Assembly: GCF_044704955.1 (NCBI RefSeq)
Contig: NC_091988.1
Coordinates: forward strand, 145,576,001 to 145,640,000
Length of the DNA: 64,000 nt
Direction: 5' to 3'
DNA from: Pristiophorus japonicus
Taxonomy: Eukaryota
Position numbers and translations under genes: made by a program. Each line of letters starts with the position of its first letter. Positions within the stretch are counted from its first letter, which is position 1. Under the pieces are notes generated by a model. The model did not search any database. It was not told the DNA's origin and saw only the letters and a list, made by a program, of their open reading frames with translations. Shown here piece after piece: positions 62,251-64,000 of this stretch.

Positions 62251-63849
62251 GTGAGTATTGCAACCCTCGAGCGCGGCTTCCAGCAAGTCAACGCCATTCT
62301 CAATTTCTCCTCCCGTGAATACCCTTCTCGGCCTGGGAGATTTAACCGTTCGGGTAACTTTTTTAACCCGGCAATGTCCAGCCGAAAGTGGAGTTTTACT
62401 CCAGCTTGAAAGTGATTCACACAAACCGATAGGTGGTTACACAGCAGACCACGTTTGCTGGAATAGAATCATGTCACTGGTGCCCGTCAAGCCTTTATCT
62501 GAAGTGATATTTCATGGATATTTAATCTACCATAGTGAGAAAGAAATATGAACGAACATATATACACATGTATACACACACGTCTCTGTATTCGGTTCTG
62601 TGCAATATTCGATTATACTTGCCCAAACTAGTATTTGTGCGAATATTTACGATTCGTGCTTTTTTCTTTGCATGGCCTAATAAGTGAAGGAACCCACTCT
62701 TCCCAATGTATTTGATTGTTTATATGTTTAGCCTATTTCACATACTGATATATAACTTGCTCCCCTTTGAATCAGTACAAAAGACACACATGGTGCAATA
62801 AAACCACCTCTCGGCCTAAACCTTGTTGGTGGCTTTGCAGACTGCGTTTTTGTTCCATACATTGTCTCCAGTAGCTAAAAGAGGATGTTCTTAGTAGGAA
62901 ACAAAAAGACCCGGTTGTCATTCTTCGTTTCACCACTATTGCATTTAATTCTTTTTGAGTGGTGGTGTTGTCCTGCGGAGGGCCATGTATGTGAATGGTT
63001 GACAGACATGGGGCAGGTGCATTGATGTAGCAATGCAGTTTGTACAGTGCACCTGTTACAGTACACTGCAGGCACAGCTATAGACTCCAGCTGTCACTGT
63101 CACCTATCAGTTTTAAATACAAGAATTATCACTTTTCACAATGTAGCCTCTCCAGATCTATTTATCAGCCTCTGGCATGGGTTAATACCCACTTTGTTGT
63201 TGATTTCACACCTTCTTAAGTAACAGCAAATGCTCTCAAAGGAATTAGTTAAAAGAAAACTTTTTTTTATTCCGTCTTGTAAATTGACCCTCAATCACTG
63301 TTTCTTTGAAGTTGTAATTCTTAAGTTTAAGTTCCAACTTAACCCCCCCCCCTTTTAAGAACAGATGGTTTACTTGTTTCATATTTTGTTAACGATTTAC
63401 CATTATGCCTTATTTTATTGCTGTACTGTTTAATTAGCCCTGTGAAACACATCTAATATATTATTCAATTTGGCACATACTGAGGGAACAGTACTCTTTA
63501 AGACTGCTCTGTGATGTTACATCCATTGTTAATATAACCCAACATAACTTTTCTATCTTAAAGTATATTTTGTTGCAGTGGCCTCAGCGCAAGAATCAGC
63601 ATTTCAAAGATTAAATGATTTGGTTAAACTTGTTTCAATTTTCATCCTTTGTCATTGTCCAAAATATTTAATCATTACTATATATGAGTTATAGCTTGGG
63701 TTAAAATAGAATTGAAAAGACATAGTTAAAATGAAGGCATTTAAAAAAAATGAGATTTCCAAGTAAGTTTCCAAGAAAAACTGGAAGGAATCGAATCAAC
63801 CTCTGAAAATTCACACTGTTGCTTATTTATTTTCTGCACTTTTTTTTAG

Positions 63850-64000
63850 GAGAGAAACCCTTTTCCTGCCCTCATTGCAACAGAGCATTTGCAGATCGAT
63901 CCAACCTCCGAGCCCATCTGCAGACTCACTCAGATGTCAAAAAGTACCAGTGCAAAAACTGCTCCAAGACTTTCTCCAGAATGTCTCTTCTTCACAAACA
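63850..64000 (+). CDS. SNAI1: SNAI1 exon 3 (zinc fingers 4-5), truncated by the window end
   Basis: Acceptor tttttag|. [50 protein letters not shown]. Confidence 0.96.

Noticed and set aside
61200-64000. Calling the Snail gene SNAI2
   Set aside because: No Slug domain, SNAI1-type motifs (VWDTG, TSDPPSP, HIRSHT), and adjacency to RNF114 and SPATA2.

Overview
Vertebrate genomic DNA, most likely a cartilaginous fish (inferred from the very dense CR1/L2 LINE content and the protein sequences). The window holds the conserved SPATA2 - RNF114 - SNAI1 gene block. SPATA2 (- strand) contributes a putative non-coding exon 1 near 17.1 kb and its first coding exon at 6545-6856; the rest lies left of the window. 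RNF114 (+ strand) is complete: 6 coding exons, 27122-47962, 227 aa. SNAI1 (+ strand) has exons 1-2 and part of exon 3, which runs off the right edge. Most non-exonic DNA up to about 57 kb is layered transposon debris: many CR1 LINEs, often nested, plus L2, RTE, SINEs, a solo LTR with a 4-bp TSD, PIF/Harbinger-type elements with 3-bp TSDs (one carrying a decayed, intron-containing Myb/SANT gene), a pogo/Tigger relic and a Penelope-like end with a hammerhead-ribozyme-like core. The most notable observations are a higher-order (56+55 bp) minisatellite of NRF1-like motifs in the putative SPATA2 promoter, the Myb/SANT-only Harbinger with its palindrome-rich MITEs, and an E-box cluster upstream of SNAI1. 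I found no convincing wholly new protein-coding system. Most ORFs in the track are retroelement fragments or noise. Repeat boundaries without a TSD are approximate.
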